From Oculina patagonica (lineage: Eukaryota): DNA of 64,000 nt. The DNA is taken from positions 8,990,001-9,054,000 of the forward strand of contig NC_135770.1 in the NCBI RefSeq assembly GCF_052425735.1, read 5' to 3'. Made by a program: the position numbers and the translations under genes. How positions within the stretch are numbered: position 1 is the stretch's first letter; each line of letters starts with the position of its first letter. Shown here piece by piece: positions 24,701 to 38,598 of the stretch. Below the pieces are notes generated by a model, which saw only the letters and a program-made list of their open reading frames with translations, was not told the origin of the DNA and searched no databases.

Positions 24701-27700
24701 GAAAATTGAAGTTGAAGATGTGCCAAAGCAGAATTTTAATTGTTCATGGAAGTTTCTGTAAAAAAAACTTACAAAAGACTAAGAAAACTCGGTCTTTGGG
24801 GAAGTCTCTTACTAGTACTTAGTCAGTTTCAAACAAATTGTCACTAAGGTCAATAAGCTAACTCTCTAGCGCTGCCTCCTGGATCTTTGGGGAGAAACAA
24901 AAAGAATCAGTAGTAATTATTGGTTTTTACTTTGGTCTGTAAATTTTATGCGTTCTTTTGTTGCAGAAAAGCAAATAATAAAACTGACGTATGATGATAA
25001 AGTTCAACTGACAGCTTATTGGAAACAAATTTCTAGTGGAGCTTATGACCCTGAAAAGTATCCAGATGTTGGGTATTTTGATGTTATTGGTAATGACAGA
25101 AGGTAAAATGTTATACGTACTGTTGGTCCTTTTTTGTGTCGCATGGTTTTTGTTAGGGCTGCAATTGTGCCACTACATGTATATGTTGTGGTTTAATTTT
25201 ATCTATGGTTTAAAATTTTTGAAACCAGTTTGATTTTCATTTCCCTTTGTTTCAGATTATGATAATGAACATAAGACAATGAAAAATAAAAATCAAGCTG
25301 GTTTGAAAAATTTTAAACCAAATATAAAATTGAACCACAACATATACGACAACTAAGAAACATGATATGTGCTATTTTTTACTACCTAAATTATGTTGGT
25401 AACTCAGTTTTTTCCACTTAATCAGCAGCAAAAACTTATTTGCAAAGTGAAGTTCTCAGGAACCGCATGTTTTTGCTTGTGGTCGTGCAAGGCTGCGTCA
25501 CTCGACAACTAATTGTTGCACATCTGATCGGAAATGAAGCAGAATTGAATTTCCTTGTCCCTCAGTTTAATTAATCACTATTGAGGGCTTTGACGTAGGT
25601 AAAAGTCATTAAAAACAGTAATTTCTGAATGGAGATGAAGAATATTTTATTGTTTCATGAAACTGCGATATTTTGTTCAAAATAGCGATATTCGTATCTT
25701 GACAAAAGGTATCTTGAGTCATCAGTGCACAAGGGTTTGGTTGCAGCCCTAGTTATCGTATGTAGGACATTACAAAGCAATCAGGGATTTCATTGTTTCC
25801 TGATGGTTCAAAAATTTTGGATTTTAAAAACAGTTACAATAACAGAGATACACTGTGTCTCTGATTGCCTGGAATAGTGAGAGATTAATCAGGAAAACTG
25901 AAAGACATAAACTCTGAAGTTCAAAACGCAACAGGAGATTGTGTTTTCCACTTCTGCCAATCATACAGTTGTAATTATGGCAACAGCAAACAAACTTTAA
26001 AAAGAGAAACAAAAACATGGATTGAAATCAACCAATCACAACTGACAGACAAGACCTTTTGAACCGGTTGAAGTGAACTTTTGTTTCTTTAAGGTCCACT
26101 TCAATGATAGACAGCAACAAAAAATTAATGTACCGGTAAACGTTGATTGGGCACAGATAGCAAAAGATGCAGTTATGTGTAGTACATGTAGTAATAGCCC
26201 TATTAATGGCTAATCACTCACTAACTGTTCAAATGGAAACTTACTAATAACTGTTCATAAATCAGAATACGTCAAGTCAGTAAATAATAATAATATTACA
26301 TTGCTGTGTAGCGCTTTGTTCAAGGTACTAAAAAAAATTTTCTTTAAAAGTGCTAATTTTTTTTCTTGTTTTGCAAACCTTTTCGGGAATGTCCTTTTCA
26401 TTAGTCACAAGTTCAATGGTTTTGAACTTTGCAGAATTTTGAGACTGATTAAGGTCATTCCTGAAATGTTTCGCATTTTAACATTTTAGCACTTTAACTT
26501 AAAGAAAAATTAAAACATTTTTATAGTAAGTCAAGTCAGTGCCTATTGTTATAATGAGTGAACAAACTGGTTAACTTATACATCTGTATGCCATGTTTGG
26601 TAATTTTCTCTGAATCAGGAGAGCATGGGAGAGTCTTGGAAACATGCAGCCAAGAGAAGCCATGAAGAAGTTCTGTTCATTACTGGGGACGTGTTCACCT
26701 GAGCTAGGCCCTTGGATGGAAGCACAACAGAAAGAGAGAGAAGAGAAAGAGAGAATAAGAAAGGAGGAGGAGGAAAGACTTAGAAGAGAAGCTGAAGAGG
26801 CAGCTGAACAAGAAAGACAAAGACTGCTGGCAGAAGATATGCGGAGAAAAGCTGAGGAAGAGGAAAGGTACAGTAATCATTTAATGTGTACACGTACCTT
26901 ATTACATGAAACTTTCATGACTCGTTTATTTTGCTATTTTGAGGTACGCATATTTCACGACACTTAAATTTCACGGTTTTGTGAAAATTTTGTATTTTGA
27001 ATCACTTAAATTTCGCATTTTTGAGTAAGTCATAAGGTACAATCATTTCCTTGGCAAAACTAACACAAACGCAACGGCGGGACTATATGTCTCAGTGTCA
27101 ACAGGCAGTTCATGGTTGTACGTGACTTATTGTTCTTGAGTCAATTGACAACAACATCCATTTACATTCAAAATTCCTTTCATCAATGGTACTAAACTAA
27201 TTCTTTCTTGATTATTGACATTATGAGGGTCACTTAATTTCCGCATCATGTTTTGTCTCGACACTTATTGTTCGCGTCACTTTTATTTCGCGATTTTTTT
27301 AAATTGCAGTACAGTACCTTTGCCATTTACATGTCCATTGATCAAATGTTATCGATATTTGAGTGCATGTAATATCGTATGATCAACGGTCAAGATGTCT
27401 GGCCAAATACATGTAAATTTTAGCTCGGCCATGCCTTGTTTCTGGCTGGTCAAATATACAGTACCGCTCAAATGTAAGTTGACAGTCCCTCGAGCCTCGA
27501 CATGACATTTCTCCTAATTAAATACACAATATTAACCCCCACCCTTAAAGCGATAGCCAACTTTTCTTCTGAAGCTGTTGAAAATGTTCTTCTTGTTGCT
27601 GCTTGTTTACTTTAATAATAAAAGGAAATGCAACGTGAAATCTACATCTTTTTCAAGTTACCTGTGAAGGATAATTAACTGACTTAATTTACTTGGCAAC

Positions 27701-30700
27701 TGCATGTAATTGTCTTTCTGAGGGCTTTCCGACTTCAGGCTGGGGTTCACAAATTGGGGGCTAAACGACCGGAAACCTTACAGGAAAGTCCATGTGTAGG
27801 ACAATACAGTCAACTCTCGTTATAGCGGACACGCTCGGGGCGTCGTTTAGTGTCTGTTATAGCAAGAGTCTGTAATAGCGGGAGTCATTTCCAGTCAAAC
27901 CTCTTTCACTGGGGATCTGGATTTTGTCCATAATAGCGAGTGTCCGTAATAGTGGGATGTCCGCAAGGCAAGAGTTGACTGTATTGTACTTTGTGTTAAT
28001 TAATGCATTCTCTAACAAATGTTTATGGTTCTTCCATCAATTTTCAGAAGAAAACAAGAAATAATAGTACAACAGCAACAACAACAACAGGATCAGTTAT
28101 TGCAGCAACAGGAACGTTTGCAACAACAACAGCAACACCAAAAACAAACTCCAGAGCAACAGGTAACATCATCATTATCATCATCAATCTTTATTGTACA
28201 CAATACACTGGTCGGAATACCATAAAGTTCTAAAAGTACCGTATTTACTCAAATAAGCGCCGCGGTACTTATTAAATTTTTTGCAAATCAAGTGCGGCCC
28301 TCATTCATCATCAATCTTTATTGTACACAATACACTGGTCGGAATACCATAAAGTTCTAAAAGTACCGTATTTGTACTCAAATAAGCGCCGCGGTACTTA
28401 TTAAATTTTTTGCGACTGGTCACAATATATGCCATGTCACACTGCAGCCCCAAGTTACATCATCCCCAACCAAATGTCAGAAACATATAAAGATCTAGAA
28501 GATGCAGGTTGCAATTAATCCATTAAACAGTGCCACCCAAGCACGGGGAGTAGGCATGGTTCGCACGTGGCTGGAATACTCCTTGAAAAACTGCCAAGTC
28601 TTTGAAAACTCCTTGAAAATGATTTTTTCCTTGAAAACTCCTTGTTATTGAATAAGAAGCACTTGTATTTTATAAAAAACACCTTGAATGCTTGAAACTG
28701 CAGCAAAATGAGCTCGTTTTGACAACGAAAGATTTGGGTAAATGTTTTTTTAACATCTACCATCGGTTGAGAAACGCATTTGAAGTCTCAAAAAGGTAAA
28801 GCTCTTTAAAGCGGGACAATTCAGTGTTTCTTATTCAATGTGTCGAATCAACCGCGCCTTCAATGGGGTTTCCCAAGTGAATTGTGTAGCCCCCCTCTTT
28901 GCAAATGAAACCACGAGGGAAATGCAGCTCGGAGCATGAAATTGTTTTGACTTTGGCCCTCTTTATAGTAGTCTAAAATGAATTCAAAAGGTCAAGGAGG
29001 AAACCAGTTATAATCGACAGTGGGAACTTAATTCCCAGTACAAAGTCTGGGTGACTGCATTTAAAGGTGACAGCAAAAAGGCCTTGTGCAGATGCTGAGA
29101 TCGACATTTCAAACATGGGCGAGAGTGCCTTGAAATCACACACGAAAAGTAAAAGACTAAAAAACAGCAGTGGAATTGAAAGCGGACAGCCAGTGACATT
29201 TTCATCATCATTTGGTTTTGTATCATAATTATAGGACATTATTATTCAACAGATGCGCGCGCTGCCCATATATGGTCAAAATGTTAACAATATCTGTCAT
29301 CCGTACATAACAGATATCCTGCGATATTCGTAGGTTGCGGAGATTCAACCGAAATCTTGTAAAGCACTGCATAATTACAGTTTTTCTATGTCCAAAATGT
29401 GTTTCGTTGACAATTTGTTGAATAATAAAACAATTATCCTGCTCAATCTTGCGGAATATCGTCTGACTTAAGCCAACTCAGCCTACAACCTCGTCGGCTA
29501 AGTATCAGGCGATATTCCGCGCGATTTCGCAGGATAATTGTTAATTATTTGCACTTAAAGTACCCCCCTCCCCCGTAATGGTATTGGTTTGTTGGCATTG
29601 CTATGTAAAATTGTGACAAAATAATTTCAGTGCATGAACAAACGGACTCCTTGAATGTTTGTTAAAAGTCCTTGAAAAGTTCTTGAATAAAAAGTTACGA
29701 AACCTGTATGAACCATGGTAGGGTAACTGGGTTACACGTAACATGATGAACTTAAGATGGTTTCCGCCCAACATTCAATTCGAGCAATACAGGCAAAAAA
29801 AAATTACCAAAAAGACCGCTAAGCATGGTATAAGTCTAAGTACAGCTAACAGATACCTGCCAAAAATTTAGCACCCAAGCTGACCCCACAAGAGAAAAAT
29901 GGATTTGAAATTTTCTATATTTCAGTTTAAACGGACGTTTCTCGCCAGTTCAAAACATAATGGCGCCCGTTTTAAACATTTTTACAAGGTTTGACTTTAA
30001 TTTTCTCGAGAATGCTTTAGAATTTAATTATGGGGTCACTAAGACAAATGAGTTTCGATAAGATCTTTTAAATAGTATACAAAATGTTGCCGCGGAATCC
30101 GTGTTAATACTCCCACTACAAATGTTATGTTTTTTTTTTTCTCTCTCTCGTTGATCCAGCCCAAGACATTAGCAGTGAATGGCACACCCAGATTAGCACC
30201 AGCTTCATTATGGACGCGCCCAAAAGTCCAGGAGTTTATTCAACATGTCAAGTCAGATCCGAGTTCTGTGTTAGTTGTTGGACGTGGTGAGACGATGACA
30301 GTTCGTGTACCTACACATGAAGGGGGTGAGGAAAAGATGCTTTAGTTACACGTTTGTCTCTATGTGCAAATAAAAATTTACAAACTTAAAAGGAGATTGT
30401 GTGTATAGAGATGGATAGTGGTAAAAATGAAAGGGACACTGTCCTACCAAAATATCACCCAGCTTATTTTCAATTTTATTTGAAAGTTTTAGAATTTAGA
30501 AGTGTAATTTTTATTGTAAATAGTTACTGAAAAGCCCTGTGGGGAGTATGCTATTAACGTTCTTGTCTTTTCTTTTTTTTATCGCCAAATGCTACCAAAT
30601 ATGCTGCTTTCTTGGTTAAAAAGATTCTATAGAGCAAAACAGAAGCAGTAGTTTCAAGATAAATTACAATATTGAAAGGATTGAAATGCGTTTCTGTTAA

Positions 30701-31797
30701 TGAAATTTGATTTCTTGACAGGATGTCAAGAAATCAGACTCGTCATTCTTGTGACAGTTTGACCTTTCTAGCTGTTATTGTGTCTGTTTTGTTTATATTT
30801 CTTTGGTTCTAACACTTTTGGTCATAATCATGAAACCACGATATTTCAGCGGGGACAGTGTCCCGCTTTAACTTGGTAAAAAAGTGTTAAAATTCTGATC
30901 AGTCAGTACAGATAACACTTGGAAAAAAGTTCATCCGACAGAAAAAGAATCTTTGACTGACCGGTCGGACACACTACCACTTGCGTATTCAGTACTGGTA
31001 ACACTTGAAAAAAAAAGTTCATCCGACAGAAAAAGAATCTTTGACTGACCGGTCGGACACACTACCACTTGCGTATCGGAGACTCGTGCGAGCTACGATA
31101 CAATGTAACTAGGTTCACTTTTTTTTTCAAGCACTAGACTACGAGCAGGTCCTTCTTTTTTGGTTAGACTGTTGAGCGTGAAGCGAAAACTTGCCGCGAG
31201 TGAAAAAACGGTCGTCACAAGATTCTTACAAGATCTTGTAAGAATCTGGGACGATCACAAGATCTTTAAGGAATCCGGTCCGGCCATAAGATCTTGTAAG
31301 AATCTGGGACGGCTGTTTTTCTAGTCACGCTCTTTTTCACTTCACGATCGACAGACTAAGAAAAATGAGGGGACTATCCAAGCACCTACATATGTTAAAA
31401 CCAACAGAGGCTTTGCATTCTACTAATATTCCCCCCTGCCCTCCCTCTCCCCCTAGGAACATGTCTATTCTGGGAATTCGCTACTGAATACTACGATCTG
31501 GGCTTTGGCGTCTGCTTTGAATGGTCTCAACCGCAAACCAAAAACATCACGGTCGCAGTCAACGAATCAGACGACGAGGAGTTTGCAGAAGAAGACAAAT
31601 CGACTGAAAACGAGTCCAGTCCCCCCAAGCCAAGAATAGACGAGGTTCTTCCTGTCGTTCGGAGGCCTTGTAACGAGGAAGTGATTGTTGGAAGTCACAT
31701 GTATCCGGGTCGCGGCGTGTATCTACTCAAGTTTGATAATTCTTATTCGCTGTTTAGGTCAAAGACATTATATTACCGTGTTTACTATACTCGATGA
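18763..31797 (+). CDS. ACBD3: ACBD3 / Golgi resident protein GCP60 (~396 aa, 6 coding exons)
   Basis: Exons 18763-18946, 24967-25102, 26619-26867, 28048-28162, 30160-30325 and 31457-31797 join in frame (1191 nt). Domains: ACB ([19 protein letters not shown]), E/R-rich coil, Q-rich tract and GOLD ([54 protein letters not shown]). Confidence 0.93.
19557..21781. mobile_element. TTAA-flanked insertion (Kolobok/piggyBac-type, left end decayed) with further nested repeats
   Basis: It interrupts copy A of the intronic duplication at a TTAA that appears on both sides. Copy B (~22370) shows the empty site GTTAATTAAGT. Confidence 0.55.
22350..22850. mobile_element. TA-type MITE within a local tandem duplication
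   Basis: TIR CCTTATTATAGGAAATTAACGC and repeated AAATTAACG motifs. The split and degraded twin lies at ~19524-19556 plus 21782-22185. Confidence 0.8.
22904..22995. repeat. Perfect palindrome with 45-bp arms and a 2-nt spacer
   Basis: 22904-22948 is the exact reverse complement of 22951-22995. Confidence 0.95.
23460..23596. repeat. Foldback element with CTCG-type loop
   Basis: CATAGAAAGTGC...GCACTTTCTATG arms around CGAGTGAGCGTAGCGAACGAG. Confidence 0.85.
28178..28413. repeat. Local tandem duplication, ~127-bp period
   Basis: TCATCATCAATCTTTATTGTACAC...ATTAAATTTTTTGC occurs twice. It includes one end of the CCGTATTTACTC MITE family. Confidence 0.9.
28555..29717 (+). mobile_element. Deleted hAT-like element with 5-bp TSD and a transposase zinc-finger remnant
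   Basis: TIR CATGGTTC...GAACCATG with GTAGG on both sides. Broken frames [19 protein letters not shown] and [20 protein letters not shown] at ~29040-29160. Confidence 0.7.
29421..29549. repeat. Foldback element with CTCG-type loop
   Basis: AACAATTATCCTGC...GCAGGATAATTGTT arms around CTCAGCCTACAACCTCG. Confidence 0.85.
30904..31076. repeat. Tandem duplication, ~87-bp unit
   Basis: CAGTAC...AAGTTCATCCGACAGAAAAAGAATCTTTGACTGACCGGTCGGACACACTACCACTTGCGTAT occurs twice. Confidence 0.9.
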
Positions 31798-33435
31798 TGG
31801 AGGACAATTATAGACCTTGGCCTCGTGCGAGAGACAACGAAGTTTGGACTCTGTTGTGGAATTTAGAACATGGGTATCTATGAGCAGGGAAGATTTTAGA
31901 GAAATAATCAAAACACGTTTATAATTTATCACGTTTTGCTTCAGTAAGGTAAAAGCTAATTCGACCTGTTCTCAATGAAGAACACTGCAAACGATCACTG
32001 GCCGTACATCCTCTGTGATTAGACCTGAATTTGCTATAAAACGGAAAAAAAATGTATAGCTATTTATACGATTTTCATTCCAAAAAGCATTTGCTACTTG
32101 TCCCATCTTCGAGATTCTACAAGGATTAACCGATTATTTAACAATAGCACTATTCGCGGTTAGAACGATAATTTTAAATATTGGATTAATAGGTACATAA
32201 ATAGGTTCGCCATGTCAAATTCAGCAAAATCGCAAAGTTTCTTGGAGATCAATTCAAAAATTGCGATTTTTACAAAGGAATGTATGGCGTGCGGGCAGTG
32301 TGTGCCCCCACGCCATAAATTTCTTTGTAAAAATCGTGAAATTCAACCTTATATATTTTCGAGGTTGAATCAGAACTCATCGAAAATTCGTGTTGTTGCA
32401 AAAAATGGTATGGTGATTCTATTCGTGAACCTGGGTTTTCATTTAATGCAATACTTAAAAATGTCACGCTAACCGCGAATTGTGCTATTAGACTGCGCGC
32501 TCGTGGTTTCAATCGGCCGAAAGTTAGCGAGGGGCGTCGAAAGAAACCGAGAGTGCATAGGCTAATTCCTTCAGTATAACCTAGTGGCCGATCTGTAAAC
32601 ATGGAATGTCCATTCAGTTGCGAATTTATAAATAGTCACTCGCTAGGTTTTGCTAAATGGGGACGCAAGTAACTTGTAAGACTAGGACTCATTCGATTAA
32701 AAAAATAATAAAATATATAGTGAGGTGATGTTATTAAGATGGAAAACATAACCATGAATGAAGGTTTAAAATATACTTTTGCCATTTTATTAGTCACACT
32801 GTAGCCTTTTTAACAGAAATATAATGCAAGGCATACCATTCTCTGGAGAGTTGAGTGAAAAATCTCAACAGCATGTTCTGAATGTGCGAGGGGGGCGTTA
32901 CTGTTTTTTTCGTGTAATTCTTCGAAATATTTCACGGCTTTCTGCGTGATCTTTCAACTGAAATTAATAACTGAATGTTCAAAACGTAAACTGAAACTTC
33001 GTTGAAGGAAAGACTTTAATTAACAGAGCAAATTACCAGAACAGTTACAGAACTAGTGTGCGTTTGTGGTTTGTGCTCTCGCATTCTTTGTAAGACTCCC
33101 CTCCACAGTCCCGTTACTAGATAACTCGCTTCATCTTCTGGTAGCGGTTTTGTTGAGAGGGGGATTACAAACTTGAGTTAATAGTGTTGACAAGAGAATA
33201 AAATAAGAATTATTTGTTACAATTGTAAATGTTTCACCTATCTCTTTTAAATTTTTATGCGAACTCAAACCCTCCGGATCCCCTACTGGGAAAGACGTCC
33301 CCCTCCATCTCCACCGTTTCCCGTCTCCCGCCTCGTACCTCATATATTTATCATTCAGACCTAACGAGTAACAATAGCCCTTATGCATGTTTACGTGAGA
33401 CTGGCTAATTTCACCACCAAGCCTCGCTTCCGAAG

Positions 33436-34015
33436 TAGGGCTTTCCACAAGTTGCCTGGCAACTTTTTGGCAACTTTTCCCCCTTTAAGCAACTTTTTTC
33501 CTTTTGAGTAACTTGTTGCATTATGAGCAATTTCTCGACCGAAGATCTCCGAAGATTGCGCGAATGTTGTCCGAAGGCTATACAAACGTTTCCGAAGATT
33601 AACGAAGTTATAATTAATATAATTAATCGAAATATTTTCGAGGAACATCCGAGGACATTTCGACTTTCGACTCGTTACAAAATATTAATTAGTCAGCAAG
33701 CATGACGTCATCGATATATTCACGATTTTTCTCAGTGAAAGAAATCCTTGTAATTCAAATTTTTGCCTTTAAATGTTATTTAGATGGTAAAATTCTATGA
33801 AACTGCTTAGAAATCTTACCTTCAAAGGGAAATCAGGATATACTCGGAGAAAGTTTCTTGAAAAAAAGCAGCGTTTTGGATTTTTGGGGGCCACTTTCGA
33901 GCAACTTTTTTAATCAAAAGCAACTTTTTTGGATTTTTGGAGCAACCTTCGAGCACCTTTTTAGAAATTTCGAGCAACTTTTCGAACAATTTGGAGCGAC
34001 TTGTGGAAAGCCTTA
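33436..34015. mobile_element. Non-autonomous hAT-like element, same family as 700-1793
   Basis: Same TIR and internal sequence as 700-1793. TSD TTCCGAAG / TTTCGAAG. Confidence 0.8.
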
Positions 34016-34475
34016 TTTCGAAGTGCAAACTTGTAAATTTTATCATGAATGAATTCCTAAAGTAGCAAAGATGAAAAGAAAACCCTCGTGAGAACTGCAT
34101 GAAGGTGGTAGAGGGTGGTGAATTTTGAGCTAATGTCGTTATCATGCATAAGGCCCATCCGATTACAAAAGCTTAACCGAACTGAAATGTCGGGCTAATG
34201 GCCTCTGTCGTTGTTAAAAGAGAGGTAAACTTTTGCTCCGCACCTCCGTTGCAACCCAACATGAGAACTCAAATTCTAGTCCCCTGTCTTTCTCACTGGG
34301 CTGGTTAGCTATCAGACTTAACCCCAACATGATCGATGACGTCATCTTATGGGTTCTGAACTGCCATGATCTAAAAAAAAATAGGACAAAAAACATGCGG
34401 GGGCTGGGGTACCTTGCTTTACCAAGGAAACGCGTGTTGTGTGGCGCGGTGGCCTAATGGTTATACGCGCTTTGT

Positions 34476-36866
34476 CTAGCTCCACTCGTAATCATCTGTT
34501 TCGTTTTCTGCCTTGCCATTTTTCCGTCTCTCCAGCAGTTTTGATATCGCCATAGAAGCAAGGAGCAAAAGGATCACAGTTGCAGTTACACCTCCGAACA
34601 CCAGGAACGTCCAGGACCCTCCAATGATATCCATTAGAAACCCACTAATTATGGACCCTAATCCATAGCCTATACCAAGGTAACATGAGTACACAATACC
34701 TGCAAATGGAAAAAAAAACACGTTCATTTTCAGTGTTCTGTTGCACGCAGTATGCGTCAGCTAAAACGAATAGAGCACTAATACTACGACATGATGACGG
34801 TGGCTCAAAATAAATTTCGTGTCGTTTGACATTGTATTACAGCTAAGTGGGTTATACGAATGAAAGAACAAAATTGAGTATTCTTGTAACGCATTTGGCA
34901 TGATATATAGTGAACTCTCTGTCTGCGTAGGAGGCTAACACCGTCGGGACCAGCTCTAACTGTCCATTTTAGAGAGGTATCCGTCTTATAGGAAGTTTTG
35001 TTGCAGTAAAATGACTGAAAAACGGCAGGGACGGGACCAACACCAGACGTCCGTCTTAAAGTGGTGTCCGTCTTATAAAGGTGTCCGTTAAGAGAGAGTT
35101 GACTGCATGTAACATATACGACTTTCATGTATTCATCGAGTCAAAACTTGCTACAATAACTATTTTAACCATTCAGTTTTCTTTTCCACCTGATTTGTTT
35201 CTTTTAACTGATACCGTAAAGTTCCGGTTATAAGCCCTCCGCTTTTAAGCCCCCCCCCCCGGTTATAGGCTCATCTATCTGAAAACAAAAAAAACACATC
35301 CGATTATAAGCCCCGCCGGATATAAGCCCCCCTCTGCCATGTCTGCCGAATGACAGTACTGAACATGGCTAAATGTTGCTTTATTATGCGTTTTTAACTT
35401 AAAACGTATTTCGATCAACACTCCCGTTTCTCGTTTTTTTTTTATTGCGCTTTTAAGCCCTCCCGGATATAAGCCCCTCCGCTTATAAGCCCACCCAAAA
35501 CCCCTTACGAAGTTGTATAAGCCTAGAGCTTATTACCGGCCGGGAATATTACGGTTTTATGCCCACCTTGTAATGTTGCTGAATATTCGTCCGGCGATCT
35601 CTCTTTGAAATACACGATGCAAGCGGGCATGGAAAAAGCGAACGCAGTTAATTGCATAACTTCTGGAATAATGGCTAACCAAACGTTTGACAGCAGTCCA
35701 TAGGAAACGAACGCTGCCACATAAATGGCAAGAGACAAGTTAATTGTGTTTAGAACTCCTAATTTTCGTATCACGCTTCCTGAGTAACCAAACGCAAAGA
35801 CAGCTGGGATGTTACGACTTGCACCAGCCACGCCCATGACCCACGTGCCTTGAGATGGGTCTACATCGGTCAGATACCAGAACATAAACGTAATAAATAC
35901 GCCTTCCACTATTCCAAGGTAAAGAACAATGAAAATGAATGCAATGTTATGGAAGTTGACCAAGACGTCCTTTAAGGCTGATTTTGGTCTTTCTTTTAAA
36001 ACCATACCACGCCACGTTGTTGCCCTTATTTCATCTTGCTTAAAGTCTATTTTTAGACCAATAACAAAGGCGCCCAGCATTATAATTGCAAAAGCGAACA
36101 TGGTTAGGCCGTAGTCGTCCTGAATAGGTACGTTGCAAACTTTCACAGTGTTTAATTTCGCCAAAGGCGTGACTATGATATAAAGGAGTGTTTGACCAAT
36201 GTTTCCCCACAGTCTAACCCTGCCATAGTTGGTCGATTCACTGTCAAGTTTTTCTAAAAGAGCTGAATCTGCAAGATTTTTTGTTGGTGCAGCAATGAAT
36301 TCTGTGGCAATGAAGAGCATCAAAAGAATAAGGAAAATCTGCAACAGATCTTGACTTTGATAAGGATCTACTTCATCGCTCGCCGTTTTTGAATTGAATT
36401 CAGGCAGTACAAGTCTGGTCTCATTTAAAAAGGAGTAATCGTTGTTGGTGTTAACTGAGTTAAGTAACAACGTCCCAATGCCAGTCTTGTTCTGAAATGT
36501 CCCGTTAAAGGGTTTCTCTAGCTTCGCCGTGGCAAGTTTTGATTGACATTCTGGCTCAGAGGGTCGTGGAATCAGTAGCAATAAAGGTGCTACTGTGCGC
36601 GTTGCTAGGCTAAAAAGAAAAACGAGTTTTCTCGAGTTTGTTTTGTCGGCCACGTATCCCATAATCGGCGCTGCTGCGCCTCGCGTAAAAGGAATCATTG
36701 CTAAAAGAATTCCTACATAACTTGCACTGAGTCCCAACTGTTTAAGATAGATGGGAAGATAAACCTGCTTCAAGCAGAAAGAAGAAAGAAAGCAAAAGTA
36801 AAACGCTGGAAATGTAAAGTTGATTCTGTCCAATGACCACTTGTTTCCCCTTTCATTCTCTGCCAT
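34476..36866 (-). CDS. MFSD6-like major facilitator superfamily transporter (~507 aa)
   Basis: Exons 36866-35567 and 34699-34476 join in frame (1524 nt). Motifs YLPIYLKQLGLS, GYVADKT, LADSALL, YGRVRLWG and ATLQG..YLGIGYGLGS, with many hydrophobic segments. Confidence 0.88.
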
Positions 36867-38598
36867 AGTCGGTGATCCAGTATTGAATTATAATTAGTTT
36901 CAAAATCTGCAACTGAAACAGAGGTAATGAGAAACATGAGACATAATAGGTATGGTTACTAATAAAATTGACAAAATAAAGAAAAGTACAACTTTTAAAG
37001 TTTCAGATTATTTTATGTTTTCGAAATATCTCGCGAAATGACTTCCGGTTATGGTGCATTGTTTCCTACAGACGGGTCGTGACAATTGGAGATGGACCGT
37101 CACCCCCATTGTCGACCCGAAGGATCGGGTGTGTTGGACAACCTTCGATAAAAGGCCATTTCCGAGTTACCCTTTCTCTGTCCCTTTGCCTCTGTTTCTA
37201 CGTGTGAAACCATTTGTATGAAAATGAGTTTCACCTTCAGGTCCATTTTCATGCAAATCAAGCTCATTTTTATTTGAACGGTTTCACACGTAGACTCGTT
37301 TTGAAACAGAGGCAAAGGATTACTCGGAAATGGCTTATTAAGCTATAAGGTCATTTCTCAGTTTTGCATTGCGCATCCCTACTGCGCATAATTTCACGCA
37401 TGATTAGCTCGCGCGCATTAAAAAATGTTTACGGCTGGACCTCGCCGGAGAGGTAAATTACCATTTTCTCAAAAACGAGTACGATTGACCGACCATTTTT
37501 TTCTGTTGATTTGAATTGAATAGTAACTTTCTTTTTGGCAGAGTAAATATGGACCAATTCTCAGTGTGGAATAAGGGACCGGTCATTATTTATTGCCTGG
37601 GGGGGGGGGGCAAAGGATTTTGTGCTAAACATAGTAAAATTTAGGTGATCCCCCCTTTAATTGTTTTCTTCACTGAAGTGATCCCCCCTCATTACCATCG
37701 ATAACTTTCGTGATCTCCCCCCCCCCCCCCCCTTGATGTCTTTGCACCCATATTCAGTTATCAGATATGGAGCCTTGGCAAAAGTTTACTGCAAAACCCA
37801 CACTCCACGAAAGTGGATTTTTTTAACAGCACTGCCCAACAGATTTACGGGTGTGTGTTTCGTCACAAGTAATCTGGGTTCAGGAACTACCTGTTTGAAC
37901 AACAGCAAATGCGATGGGCGCTAAATAAGATAGAGGAGCTGTCAAACTGAACAAAGCGAACAATTTACTAACGAGTGGTGTGCCGAAACGTAATAGTTTA
38001 TTTCAGGCATAAAGAGCTGCATTCGAAGGCGAAGAGAGCGCGTATTAATGTTAGAAGCAGCACAAAAGCGAATCACTGCGCTGTACACGGAACGTCAGTC
38101 CGCTTCAGACAGGTTAACAACAGCGCGTATCAACCTGTCAAAGAAGTTTCTTTATGCATATTCCCCAGTATGACAGCATCCGTTTTTTATATAAAGTTGA
38201 GTTAAAACAAATTGCAATTGAGACCGCAAATGCTATCATCTCCCAGTAGAATGGGTGTATAAAGCGAAAGCGACTACAAAAATGGAGGAACAAAACAATT
38301 GGGGTTATAGATATTTTTGAAGCAAGCATTCATCTCCACTTCTTTCGCTACTCGAGTCTACGCTTGTGCGTTTTAGTTCCTGCGAACAACCTCGGAAAAC
38401 GTTTATCAAAATCAACCGCGCCCTCTTCTACTTAGTTCAAATGCTGGATGGAACGAGTGCTTTAATTGGCTAGACACGGCCATACGTAAACAATTTTCTT
38501 ATGCTAATGCGATGTTTCGTTTTCACACAACGCAAGCACAAGCGCCGAGCACAAGAAAAGAAAAAAAATTTGATCCTTGTGCTTGTGCTTACGCTTGT

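Noticed and set aside
35523-35566. C-terminus GGHKTVIFPAGNKL of the 447-aa ORF
   Set aside because: Read-through into the intron. The donor at 35566 joins the last exon in both copies.
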